Shown one piece after another: positions 21,881 to 31,192 of a DNA stretch of 64,000 bases. The notes beneath the pieces are model-generated. The model had not been told where the DNA came from, ran no database searches, and was given only the letters and a program-made list of their open reading frames with translations. Source of the stretch: Chlamydiales bacterium (GTDB lineage Bacteria; Chlamydiota; Chlamydiia; Chlamydiales; JAAZZY01); NCBI GenBank assembly GCA_965206695.1, contig CBDBKM010000013.1, forward strand, positions 32,001 to 96,000, in the 5' to 3' direction. The number at the start of each line of letters is the position of its first letter. Within the stretch, counting starts at the first letter, position 1. Both the position numbers and the translations under genes were made by a program.

Positions 21881-23026
21881 TTAAAATAAAACGGTAAATG
21901 ATAGTAGAGCGGTTACAAAGTCTGTATTATTACGCCCTCCAATCGTAAACCAAGCTCCTGCAATCCATCCATATGTAGAACTGACATTATATTCTAATGC
22001 AGGGGCCAAACTAAATTGATCGCTTGATCCCGATCCCATAGAGGCTTCTCCCCCTCCGATATTGCTGCCCAAGTCCCCTTTGTAATGCGTTGCAGCATTA
22101 ATACTCATTTGCCCATCAAGAGCTAAAACCCATCTTTGAGATAAGCTATATTCAACAGAGCTCACATTAGTAAAAATACCACCGGGAGTTACTTTTCCAT
22201 CCGTTCCAAATCCTCCACCATATGTGTTAAATCCTCTTACCCGAACTTTAGAGGGAAATGTATATGAAGAATAAGATCGTACTCTAAAGGGATTATACTG
22301 ACCTTTATAAAGGCGAACCTTATAGAAGGTCTTTTGATAGGCTATTCCAACGCTTGTTTGAAAAGAGCCGGCGCCACTAGAATCAGTAGATAACTTATTA
22401 GGATTTAATTTCTGATATTGACCCGTAGGAAAGGTCTCTCCCACTATAAACTTAAGGTCCGGCTTCCACCAATAAAGATCATCAGATTTCAGTAATTGAA
22501 AACCTACCTGCCAATTAGTATCTCCATACCTAAAAGCTTTCTGTTGTTTTCTATATTTATAAAAGGCCTCAACAGTAACTTGCGTGTCCATTCGGTCGGT
22601 AAGACCAAATTGATTGACAGATACAATTTCTATAACAAGAGTACTCTGAACTTTTTGATAACGACCATGGTTATTATACTGACCGAAGTTATTAAAATAG
22701 TATAAATAGGGCTGAATATTAACTTTACCGCTGGGAACAATGGTTGCTGAAGGTGCGATTAGTGGTCCTGTATACCAGGGATTGTAGTAATCCTTTTTGA
22801 TTTGTTCTACTTCATTGAGTTCTTTATTTAAGGTAATAGCAGGCGCCTCCGGTGCCTCTCCTTCTTTGAACGTTTCAGCTTTTATTTTATCATGTTGTTC
22901 ATTCAATATTCCGGGCTTAGCTTTTTCCTTTGATGTATCCGAAAAAAGGATTTGCATATTCAGACAAAAAAACAAAAAAACTGTGACAGTCACAACCCTT
23001 TTCATAATCAACCTTCTAAAGATCAT
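21881..23026 (-). CDS. Outer-membrane beta-barrel (transporter/porin-like)
   Basis: Signal peptide (MKRVVTVTVFLFFCL; start may be 23005), PWYTGPLIAPS motif, FPTG, alternating beta strands, terminal Phe. Confidence 0.7.
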   Translation of the reverse strand: MIFRRLIMKRVVTVTVFLFFCLNMQILFSDTSKEKAKPGILNEQHDKIKAETFKEGEAPEAPAITLNKELNEVEQIKKDYYNPWYTGPLIAPSATIVPSGKVNIQPYLYYFNNFGQYNNHGRYQKVQSTLVIEIVSVNQFGLTDRMDTQVTVEAFYKYRKQQKAFRYGDTNWQVGFQLLKSDDLYWWKPDLKFIVGETFPTGQYQKLNPNKLSTDSSGAGSFQTSVGIAYQKTFYKVRLYKGQYNPFRVRSYSSYTFPSKVRVRGFNTYGGGFGTDGKVTPGGIFTNVSSVEYSLSQRWVLALDGQMSINAATHYKGDLGSNIGGGEASMGSGSSDQFSLAPALEYNVSSTYGWIAGAWFTIGGRNNTDFVTALLSFTVLF

Positions 23027-23610
23027 TAATGTTAATTTTTTTGATCTTACTTAGTTTTCGGGATTGTTTCAAAACACTATTATTAATATTTGAATATTTC
23101 AGAGATTTGGATTTTTTTATCAAAAAAAATGAAAAAATGATGAAAACCAAATCAGAAATAACAAATTAAAATTTACACTTGCATTTATTTTTGAATATGT
23201 TATAAAAATGATATTTTACGTAATGCTTAATTTGAAGGAAGCCATGCCTAACGGTCTGTTAACCTTAAATTATTTTTTACCTGTTTTCTTCATTACTTTC
23301 ACCACCTTGTCAGTAATATTGTTCAGTATTCTCTCGAAATTATACATAATAAAAACAGCTTCTCTTCCTTTTTATAATAAAAAGAAATTAATAAACTTTT
23401 CTGTGGAAACTGACTTCAAAAAGGATTTTTATATAGCACACCATTTTCCCATGTTTTCCTATTTGGATTTTAAAAATTAAAACGGATTGTCTCTGCCTGA
23501 GCCATCGGCTCAGGTGGTGATAATCTTTATAATTGAACCCAAGGTACACAAAAAGTTAACTGATCTATTAAATCAAAGATCGGCTAACCATCCGGAAAGA
23601 AGATAAAAAC

Positions 23611-24423
23611 CTAAAATTCAAAACCCACTTGTCCTTCAACACTAAGAAAGTCGTATACGGCTTTGGGTGAACGAACAGACGAATCTGTTCTTCTATTAAA
23701 ACCGAAATCTCTAAAGGACGCCACCAAGGCTACATCTAAAAGAGAGGTAGAAAAAATATCAAAAGAATAAATAATGGGTAAATCTATTTGAAAGGTACCT
23801 CTTGTAGCTGCCTTACGCCATTTATAAGTCACGCCGGGTAATCTTTTAACTTTATAATGCGGGTCCAACATAAAGCCATATTGACTATACAATTCGACTC
23901 TAAGCTGTGGAATAATACGAATTCTAAAACGAAACCCTATAGGTACTTCAATCCACCACATTCTCATATGATAATCTATAGGTGATTTTGAATAGCTTAT
24001 AGTATGTGTAAAATAACCCAGACCTGAGTATAAAGCTAATTGAAACTCATCAAACACTCCGAATGCGAACGAATAGCCAAGTCTTCCTTTAAGCCACCAA
24101 TCATGGCTATATCCATTCAAACCACTACCACCTACTCTTCCCCCGTCAAAATGGCTGTCAAAACCATAATAAATATTCCAAGGTTTCCATCCATCATAAC
24201 CCATGCCCCACATCCATAGATTACCATACGTTTTGCTATTAATTATTTTATTCCCGGCTTGAGCGTAGGTATAACCTAATGCAAAATGAAATCGATTTGG
24301 CTGCTCATACTTATGCCACTCATTAGCTTCTGCAATTCCTTCTTGAGTTATCCCTGTCTCGGCATGCACGAAATTTATCAAAAAAAAGGAAGAGAAGAGA
24401 AAGCATCCTATTTTTCTTATCAT
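23611..24423 (-). CDS. Outer-membrane beta-barrel protein
   Basis: Signal peptide ending VHA-E, aromatic-rich amphipathic strands, C-terminal VEGQVGFEF BAM-type signal. Confidence 0.75.
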   Translation of the reverse strand: MIRKIGCFLFSSFFLINFVHAETGITQEGIAEANEWHKYEQPNRFHFALGYTYAQAGNKIINSKTYGNLWMWGMGYDGWKPWNIYYGFDSHFDGGRVGGSGLNGYSHDWWLKGRLGYSFAFGVFDEFQLALYSGLGYFTHTISYSKSPIDYHMRMWWIEVPIGFRFRIRIIPQLRVELYSQYGFMLDPHYKVKRLPGVTYKWRKAATRGTFQIDLPIIYSFDIFSTSLLDVALVASFRDFGFNRRTDSSVRSPKAVYDFLSVEGQVGFEF

Positions 24424-24500
24424 GAAAAAAGAGCCTTTTTAGCAATTCAGAACAAGTAAATACCTATATCTAATTCTGATGAAAAAAAGCTAGCATCTTA

Positions 24501-25049
24501 TTAAAAGATTTTTTTAAAAAAATTAAGAATAGGAGAAATAAAAGCTCCAACAAAAAAATTGGGGTTAAGAATCACAGAACTTGTACTTACAGAGTCTTCT
24601 ACTACTGAAGCTGCCGGTGTAACTGCTTCCGGTGTAACGGGACTTAGTACTGCTTCAACTGAAACCGGTATTGGAGTTATTCGCGCTAGTGTTAGTAGTG
24701 AACGAGTTAAATTTTCAACAACAACTTCATCACCGACATCGCTTTCATCCGATGAAGGTTTATCAAAATTAAGTGGAACATCAATATTTTTACCCACATT
24801 TGTTAAATCTTCAGAAGTTGCTTTAGCCCAATCGGTAAGCGAGTCAAAATTATTTTGGATACGAACAAGATTTTTTAAAAGATTTTGATATCGACTGACA
24901 TCTATTTTTTTTTGAACATACATGTCTTGTAACCATTGAACAAGTTTTACATAGAAAGTGTGCGCATCTACAGTTTCATTATTAAAAATTAAAGAATCCA
25001 CAGAAGCCATTTGAGATACATTTGGATTTCCACGTGTTACAGAACTCAT
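24501..25049 (-). CDS. Hypothetical protein sharing its N-terminal domain with the 1159-aa GH18 protein
   Basis: LVQWLQ..Y..NLL..LV..LTDWA motif shared with 25790-29269; hydrophobic C-terminal tail. Confidence 0.75.
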   Translation of the reverse strand: MSSVTRGNPNVSQMASVDSLIFNNETVDAHTFYVKLVQWLQDMYVQKKIDVSRYQNLLKNLVRIQNNFDSLTDWAKATSEDLTNVGKNIDVPLNFDKPSSDESDVGDEVVVENLTRSLLTLARITPIPVSVEAVLSPVTPEAVTPAASVVEDSVSTSSVILNPNFFVGAFISPILNFFKKIF

Positions 25050-25226
25050 AACTAATCCCCCCTATTTTTTGTTATTTAAAAAATTAGCTCTCATTGAAAA
25101 AAAACGCCTACCACACATATAAAAAAAAAGACTTTATAGAAAGCTGATTTTTAATTGTTTTTAAATATAATCTTTACACACAAGCACTATAACCGCATCC
25201 AAAATGTCTTGATACAGAAACTATTT

Positions 25227-25637
25227 TTAATGAGGAACCATCTGCAATTTGTCCAAAAGAGATAACAGATTGTGCTCTTGTAAGATAATAAGCTCTTTAT
25301 TTTTATTGATAAGGACATGAACTATTTCTACGTTAGCTACTAACGTATTCTCTCTTAAACAATTATAACTCAATGTAAAAGAAGTCTTTCCCTTTTCTTT
25401 TAACGATAACTTTATTGTTATAAGATCTGATAATATAATAGGTTTTAGGTAATTTGCATTGGCATGAACGATAGGAAACATCACTTCTTCTTGATCAAGA
25501 AGATTAACTAAAGGTGACTTATTTTTAACAAGATACGCCTCAAAAGCTTCATGTGCCAAATCAAATATATTGGAAAAATAGAGAACTTTGGCCGCGTCCG
25601 TATGTCTTAAATAAATTCTAGTAAAGTAGCAAAACAT
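25227..25637 (-). CDS. Hotdog-fold acyl-CoA thioesterase (DHNA-CoA hydrolase-like)
   Basis: TDAA.VLYFSN...AHEAFE, FPIVHANANYLKP, GKTSFTLSY. Confidence 0.75.
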   Translation of the reverse strand: MFCYFTRIYLRHTDAAKVLYFSNIFDLAHEAFEAYLVKNKSPLVNLLDQEEVMFPIVHANANYLKPIILSDLITIKLSLKEKGKTSFTLSYNCLRENTLVANVEIVHVLINKNKELIILQEHNLLSLLDKLQMVPH

Positions 25638-25726
25638 CTTATTAGTCCTACAAGTATTGCATTAAGAAGAGCTATTTTATCGATTTTATCCTTTGATTGG
25701 CAACTACTACAGCACACCCTATTAAC

Positions 25727-25764
25727 AAAAAAGCCTTGGGTTGAGAATACAACCCAAGGCTTTT
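25727..25764 (-). terminator. Intrinsic (potentially bidirectional) terminator
   Basis: AAAAGCCTTGGGTTG-agaata-CAACCCAAGGCTTTT perfect stem just after the 1159-aa gene. Confidence 0.85.
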
Positions 25765-25789
25765 GTAAAAAGAATGTACTATTTTTTTC

Positions 25790-28700
25790 TTATACTGAAG
25801 ACATTGACGGTAGGATATTAAATTTCCTTTCGATATCCTCTGCCGATCCTTCAGCTTCCGGATAGGGTTCTAAACTTCCACTCGAAATTGGATCACGATT
25901 AGAATCTATCCACCAATTTGTATGAGAAAAGCCAAAGCTTGTATCGCCGGGATCCAGCCCATAAGCTTTTTTCGTATCTATTTCCAGTTGAGCTAATAGT
26001 TCAGAAGCAGCAGCACCCGGAGTCATCTCAGTGAGGTGTTTACCGGTTCTTTTAAAAATCTCATCATCGGCTTGCTTCGGCCATGGATCACTTTGAGTGA
26101 CTTGAGGATCCATACTATTATAAGGTGTTTGATCTTCAAGATCAAAACTAAGCATTCCCATTGCTTGCTTAGCTGAAATACCCAGCTTTTGGGTTAAAAA
26201 ATCAATCCAAGCTTTACTTCCGTAATCCGCATTATCAACACTCAAGTAATACCCGGCTCCATCATTATAGGCCATCACATTGATGTTATCAATTGGAGAA
26301 GGGTTGGTAAAAAGGAAAGATAATTGTTTCGGATTACTAATACTTCCGGCCATGGTCAATTGAATACTTGTAGAATTACCATCTACATTACCATGTTGAG
26401 CTTTAGCGTGTAATTCATCAAAGAAAGCTTTAATATTAGCTTGACCATTTTGAGCAATAAAATCGCTTAAACCACTACCTTCTAAATCATAGTCAATACT
26501 ATCACAGTATTTTCCAATGTTTTCATAAAAACTATCCGCATAAGCTTTAGGATCGCCCGGGAACTTCATACCACTACCTTGAGCATCTTCCCCACCGACA
26601 GATAAACCTAATTTAATGCCATAAGTTTGGGCTTCATCATGTATCAGCTGCATGGTTTGAGCTTGAGTAAGACCCGCTTCCTGACCGTACTTAAGAAGTT
26701 GTTCTACAGTATTACCTGCACCATGTGAATTAATTTGGTCGAATGATAACTTTGCTTCTGTAATACCGTTATGCATACATTCAGCAAAATATTTATCTAA
26801 AGCATTAGTCAGATCTGCTTTAGTCGGTTTATTAGGAAACTGTATTCGGCTTGTATCAAACCAAATACCACTACCACCTGCAGCATTTGGAAAGGACTTA
26901 TCATCTCCTTTACCAATCACTTTATTTTTCAATGAAGGAACAGCTTGAATCATTTGATCCACTAGTGAGCCTGTACGTCCTTGTCCGTTGATCAGGGTTG
27001 TGGCATCATTATACGCCCGGCTTACTTGCTTAAAGCTTGGGTCCTGTATTAAAGATGAAACCTGCGTTTGTATTTGAGAAAGTTTTGCATTAAAATCCTT
27101 TTGATCAAAGGTGCCTTTATCAAAAATTTGCATGATGGTATCATCAAGTAATGCATTAAAAGATGTATTAAGAGCATCCAGTTTTTGTCCAATACTTTGA
27201 AGGCCTTTTTTAGCTGTAGAAATTTCTTCTAAAGTCTGTTTAATTTTCTTTTCTAACGCATCAATATCATTTTTAGAAGCGCTTGTTTTTTCATTTTCTT
27301 TCAAAGTGGCATAATCATTAGCCAGTTGATACTCTAAAGATGAAATATTATGTTCATATCCCTCAATTTCCTTATTTAAGGCATTGATCTCATTTCCCGG
27401 AGAGGTTTTATCTCCATAAGTCGTTTTTACAACGTATAGTAAGTCATTGATCTGATCAGGACTTAATTTTGATGGATCTTGAGATAATTCCATCGCTTTT
27501 CTTATATCTGCTAAGACCGCTTGAGGAGTACTATAACCGGTATGCAGCATCTTGTTATATAACGTTTTTAATTCGTCTTGGAAAACGGTTGTTAACTCAG
27601 TAGCTATTTTAGTAGCTGTTGCCTGATCATATCCTTTTTCTTTCATGAGGTATTGTATCCAGGCATCTTTATTTTTAATAATAGCAGCATTACCTTGCGC
27701 CCAGACATAATTGGCACCGGCCTTACCTGTTAAGAAAGTAAGATCAATAGAAGAAGTATCAATCTTTGGATTTTTTGCTAATATATCGATTAGATCAGAA
27801 TGAAAAGTAGAGCCGGGATCAAATAAATCCAGCATTAAAGCATTCTTATCAGCAGTAGCGCTTGCGGTATCTTTAGCTATTTGACTTGCATTTTGTTTAT
27901 AAGCGCTGATGAAACTTTCAATTTTTTTCATGGCAGCCGCATCACCACTAACCGCTTTGTTATACAGATCAATGATATCCATAGAACCTTTACTATTGCC
28001 AAAGATAGTATCCTGAAGCTGAAAAGTTGTGCCATCAGGCCCTGTATAGGTTTTAGTAGATAAGCTTTGATAAAGAGTTAAGACTTGTTGATCTTTAGTC
28101 AAAAGAGATTCCATTTCAGTCAGCTTATCGCCCATAACACCTTGAGCTTTTAAACTCGCAATATCATTTTTAAGTTGATCTATGTTCTTAGTTAAATCTG
28201 CAGGTGTTTCGTAAGCTTGGCCACCGGTCCAATTCTTAAACCAATCTTGATGAGCGTTCAATTGATTTAGATCATTATAAATTTGAGCTAATTCCGGTGG
28301 GTGACAATGATCAGGATAGCCCGGAGGTGGATTTAAGGAGCTACTTGGAGTTGTTCCGCCGGCACTATCTATTAATTTTTTTTGAGTAGCAGCGCTCTCA
28401 GTTGTAAAAGAATAAACAGCTCCTGATGGAGCTTTTGCAATTGCTAAACTATATTCTTTACCTAACCATTGAACTGATTTCTGATAACTTTGTTGATCTG
28501 TTGGTAAAATCGGTGGTTGAGCATGTGTAATAAGATATTTCCCAAGACCTGTTGTCCAAAAGTCATTCATATGAGTTTGATAGTTCTGCATATCTTGTAA
28601 TATATCTTGATATGCAACTATCGGATCTGAAGATGTAGGTGTTGGGGGTGTTGGGGGTGAAACTTTTAGATCTTTAATAGCCTGCCGGATAGTTACAGGG

Positions 28701-29269
28701 TCAGATTTATTGATTGCATCAATAATTTGTTCAATATCACCCTTTTTTTGACCCGTTGTAAGTGATGAATTTTCTAAATCATCTAAAAAATCATGAATGG
28801 AATTAAACTTAAATGAAGAACCTGACTCGTATCCAAATCCATCTCTTTCTAATAATGCTTTAATATTGGAAAGACCAAAGTCTTTTTCCAATACCTCCAA
28901 TATAGAATCTGAATCTGATTTTGAAATCGCATCTAGTAAATCTTTACTATCTACATACTTACCTTTTCCTGATGGTTGATCAGGATTAGGAAGATTAGGA
29001 ATAGTCTTACCTTCCGATTTTAAATCATTATATGTATGAGTTGCCCAATCAGTTAATTTTGATACATTTCCCCGGTCAGAGACTAATTCATTTAATAGAT
29101 TGTCATATTGATTCGCATCTATCACATTACACTGAGAATAAACTTGCTGCAACCATTGAACTAGCCGGGTGTAGTAAGTTTGTGGATTTGTTGATTGTGT
29201 ACTTGTTATATCTTGTGGTGCTTTCACCGCTAATTGAGTTGAAAATGCATCTAATGCCCGATTACTCAT
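25790..29269 (-). CDS. Large multidomain protein with C-terminal GH18 (chitinase/ENGase-like) domain
   Basis: LGLSVGG (26591-26602), DSIDYDLE = DxxDxDxE (26480-26503), INVMAYN; preceded by a coiled coil and Pro/Thr linkers; no Sec signal. Confidence 0.75.
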   Translation of the reverse strand: MSNRALDAFSTQLAVKAPQDITSTQSTNPQTYYTRLVQWLQQVYSQCNVIDANQYDNLLNELVSDRGNVSKLTDWATHTYNDLKSEGKTIPNLPNPDQPSGKGKYVDSKDLLDAISKSDSDSILEVLEKDFGLSNIKALLERDGFGYESGSSFKFNSIHDFLDDLENSSLTTGQKKGDIEQIIDAINKSDPVTIRQAIKDLKVSPPTPPTPTSSDPIVAYQDILQDMQNYQTHMNDFWTTGLGKYLITHAQPPILPTDQQSYQKSVQWLGKEYSLAIAKAPSGAVYSFTTESAATQKKLIDSAGGTTPSSSLNPPPGYPDHCHPPELAQIYNDLNQLNAHQDWFKNWTGGQAYETPADLTKNIDQLKNDIASLKAQGVMGDKLTEMESLLTKDQQVLTLYQSLSTKTYTGPDGTTFQLQDTIFGNSKGSMDIIDLYNKAVSGDAAAMKKIESFISAYKQNASQIAKDTASATADKNALMLDLFDPGSTFHSDLIDILAKNPKIDTSSIDLTFLTGKAGANYVWAQGNAAIIKNKDAWIQYLMKEKGYDQATATKIATELTTVFQDELKTLYNKMLHTGYSTPQAVLADIRKAMELSQDPSKLSPDQINDLLYVVKTTYGDKTSPGNEINALNKEIEGYEHNISSLEYQLANDYATLKENEKTSASKNDIDALEKKIKQTLEEISTAKKGLQSIGQKLDALNTSFNALLDDTIMQIFDKGTFDQKDFNAKLSQIQTQVSSLIQDPSFKQVSRAYNDATTLINGQGRTGSLVDQMIQAVPSLKNKVIGKGDDKSFPNAAGGSGIWFDTSRIQFPNKPTKADLTNALDKYFAECMHNGITEAKLSFDQINSHGAGNTVEQLLKYGQEAGLTQAQTMQLIHDEAQTYGIKLGLSVGGEDAQGSGMKFPGDPKAYADSFYENIGKYCDSIDYDLEGSGLSDFIAQNGQANIKAFFDELHAKAQHGNVDGNSTSIQLTMAGSISNPKQLSFLFTNPSPIDNINVMAYNDGAGYYLSVDNADYGSKAWIDFLTQKLGISAKQAMGMLSFDLEDQTPYNSMDPQVTQSDPWPKQADDEIFKRTGKHLTEMTPGAAASELLAQLEIDTKKAYGLDPGDTSFGFSHTNWWIDSNRDPISSGSLEPYPEAEGSAEDIERKFNILPSMSSV

Positions 29270-29390
29270 ATAAGCTCCTTAATCCGTAATTTTTAGGTTT
29301 TTATTATTCAAAGCCTCGTAAATATTTCATTTACAGCTATCTATATTTTTATTTAGATGGTTCTTTTATCATACGCTTTACTTAAGCTAT

Positions 29391-29419
29391 ATTATATCAA
29401 AAACAGAATTTAAAGTAAA
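29391..29419 (-). promoter_or_regulatory. Putative sigma70/66 promoter of the GH18 gene
   Basis: TTTACT-N17-TATAAT with an extended -10 TG. Confidence 0.5.
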
Positions 29420-29436
29420 GAATTATTTAAAAAGCG

Positions 29437-29468
29437 ATTAACCGGATTAGGTATTAACCGGATTAGGT
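29437..29468. repeat. 16-bp tandem duplication
   Basis: ATTAACCGGATTAGGT x2, directly after the glycosyltransferase stop. Confidence 0.8.
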
Positions 29469-30917
29469 TTATATGATATCAAAATGATGATGAATAGCCT
29501 CATCTTTTTTTAGTTTTGATATCATCATTTTCAACCGATTGCGTATTGTATGATCTTTCCATACTCTTTGATATCCCCTTAATGCGATCTCTTTTCTTTC
29601 GATAGGATTTTCAAGATAATACTGCACCTTTTCTATTAGCTCATCTGCAGATTCAAAACACACAATCTCTTTATCGATTTCAAAACACTCTTCGATAACA
29701 GGAGAATAATTTGTCATAACAAATCCACCTGATCCTAAAATATCAAATACTCTTCCGGGAATAGCATTTAAAGCATAAAAACGAGTGAGGTTCAGATTAA
29801 TCTTACTATGTTGGTAAATATGGGGTCTTTCTTGAGATAATTCCGCCATGCCATGATAAGATAAATAAGCATCATCAATCTCACCCCAAAGCTTATTACC
29901 ATAAATATCTACTTGCTTGCCTTTTGATGTAAGAGCTTGAATGTAGGCTTTTCTTTGGATAGGAACAACTTCTTTAGCTAAAGAATATATCAAACTCTTA
30001 TAAGTCAGTTCAGGATAATCTTTTCGCCATTCTCTAGGAGGAAGGTCAATATTTCCTTCTTCTTTTAGTGCTTCTACTATTTGAGGCATGATAAAATCAT
30101 CGATATTATCACTTTGAAGTTTTATGGCTGTTTGCATTAGGTCAAGCAAGCGATGCCATTTTAAGGAGTCTATAAAATTTATATGGGTATTTAAATGTTT
30201 CAAAATATCAGGTAAAAAGAGATTATGATAAGTAGAGTGATTGTTATCTTGTAGAGCTCCGATAAAAGAGATATCATGAAGATACTCCTCTTCTTTTAAA
30301 TCTTTAAAAGGCTTTTTATCAAAATCAACAGCCGGGGGTAAGTAGTTTATATTTTCAAATCCCTTTTTTCTAAAGACCTCAACTTGGCCTTTACAATACG
30401 CAAAATAATAGTTTTGAGGATGAATCAATCTCTTATCAAAAACACCGGGAGAGAAATTGACCAGAGGATCTACCATCCAGCAAATATGAGGTAATTCGGC
30501 ATATAGAGATTGTGTTTCTTCAGCGCTTAAGTTCCAATCGAAGTGATTGATATAAAAAAATAAGTGATAGTTATTTGCATTGAACTCAAATGACTTTTCT
30601 TCTAAATTCAACCATTGCCATGTAGCTCCGGCTTCCAAACACGCTTTTTTTGCTGTCGTCATCAAAAAGTCTCTTTTATAACCTAGAATGTTAAAAGGCT
30701 CTTTAGCTTGTTTTTGGAGATATAATAACCTCTTATCGAACACATTATTTTTAAAGTTTAATTCTTTAGATATTCGATGAGCTAATTCCAATGCTTTTAT
30801 ATGTTTCGAGTGATTTTCTAAAATTTTTTGCAGGGATATTAATGCTTTTCTTTTTTGACCTTGTCCATATAGTTTATTAGCTTGCACAAGGAGACGATCG
30901 GAAATTTCTTTAACCAT
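29469..30917 (-). CDS. CgeB-like GT-B glycosyltransferase with N-terminal TPR-like helices
   Basis: WMVDP, YLPPA, DISFIG, IYQHSKINLN, RVFDILGSGGFVMT, ERKEIALRGYQRV..DHT..NRL. Confidence 0.8.
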   Translation of the reverse strand: MVKEISDRLLVQANKLYGQGQKRKALISLQKILENHSKHIKALELAHRISKELNFKNNVFDKRLLYLQKQAKEPFNILGYKRDFLMTTAKKACLEAGATWQWLNLEEKSFEFNANNYHLFFYINHFDWNLSAEETQSLYAELPHICWMVDPLVNFSPGVFDKRLIHPQNYYFAYCKGQVEVFRKKGFENINYLPPAVDFDKKPFKDLKEEEYLHDISFIGALQDNNHSTYHNLFLPDILKHLNTHINFIDSLKWHRLLDLMQTAIKLQSDNIDDFIMPQIVEALKEEGNIDLPPREWRKDYPELTYKSLIYSLAKEVVPIQRKAYIQALTSKGKQVDIYGNKLWGEIDDAYLSYHGMAELSQERPHIYQHSKINLNLTRFYALNAIPGRVFDILGSGGFVMTNYSPVIEECFEIDKEIVCFESADELIEKVQYYLENPIERKEIALRGYQRVWKDHTIRNRLKMMISKLKKDEAIHHHFDII

Positions 30918-31192
30918 TTTAAAAACCCTATTTTGACATCACAAAGAACCTATTGATTAGACAGCTTATGAAACGTGTTCATATAACTAATATTGGATTT
31001 GAAGAAGAATTAAGTGATGATAGACCAATTGGACTCTATCATATTTTAAGTAAACGCTCTCTTTTTATCGAAATGCAATTTCTTCCTCTTTTATTTGCTG
31101 ACGAACACGATACTATAATTATCTACCCACCTTCTGTTTAAATACAAATAATCAACCAATAGCAATGCCATTGAGCCTAAAAATTAACTTGC

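Noticed and set aside
23208..23480. 90-aa + strand ORF
   Set aside because: Low-complexity AT-rich intergenic frame with no motif or RBS; likely spurious.
23496..23514. GC hairpin CCTGAGCC-atc-GGCTCAGG as REP element or terminator
   Set aside because: Single copy with no U-tract; cannot be assigned.
30953..31141. 62-aa ORF between the glycosyltransferase and nhaP
   Set aside because: May be a truncated gene start, but there is no motif I can support.
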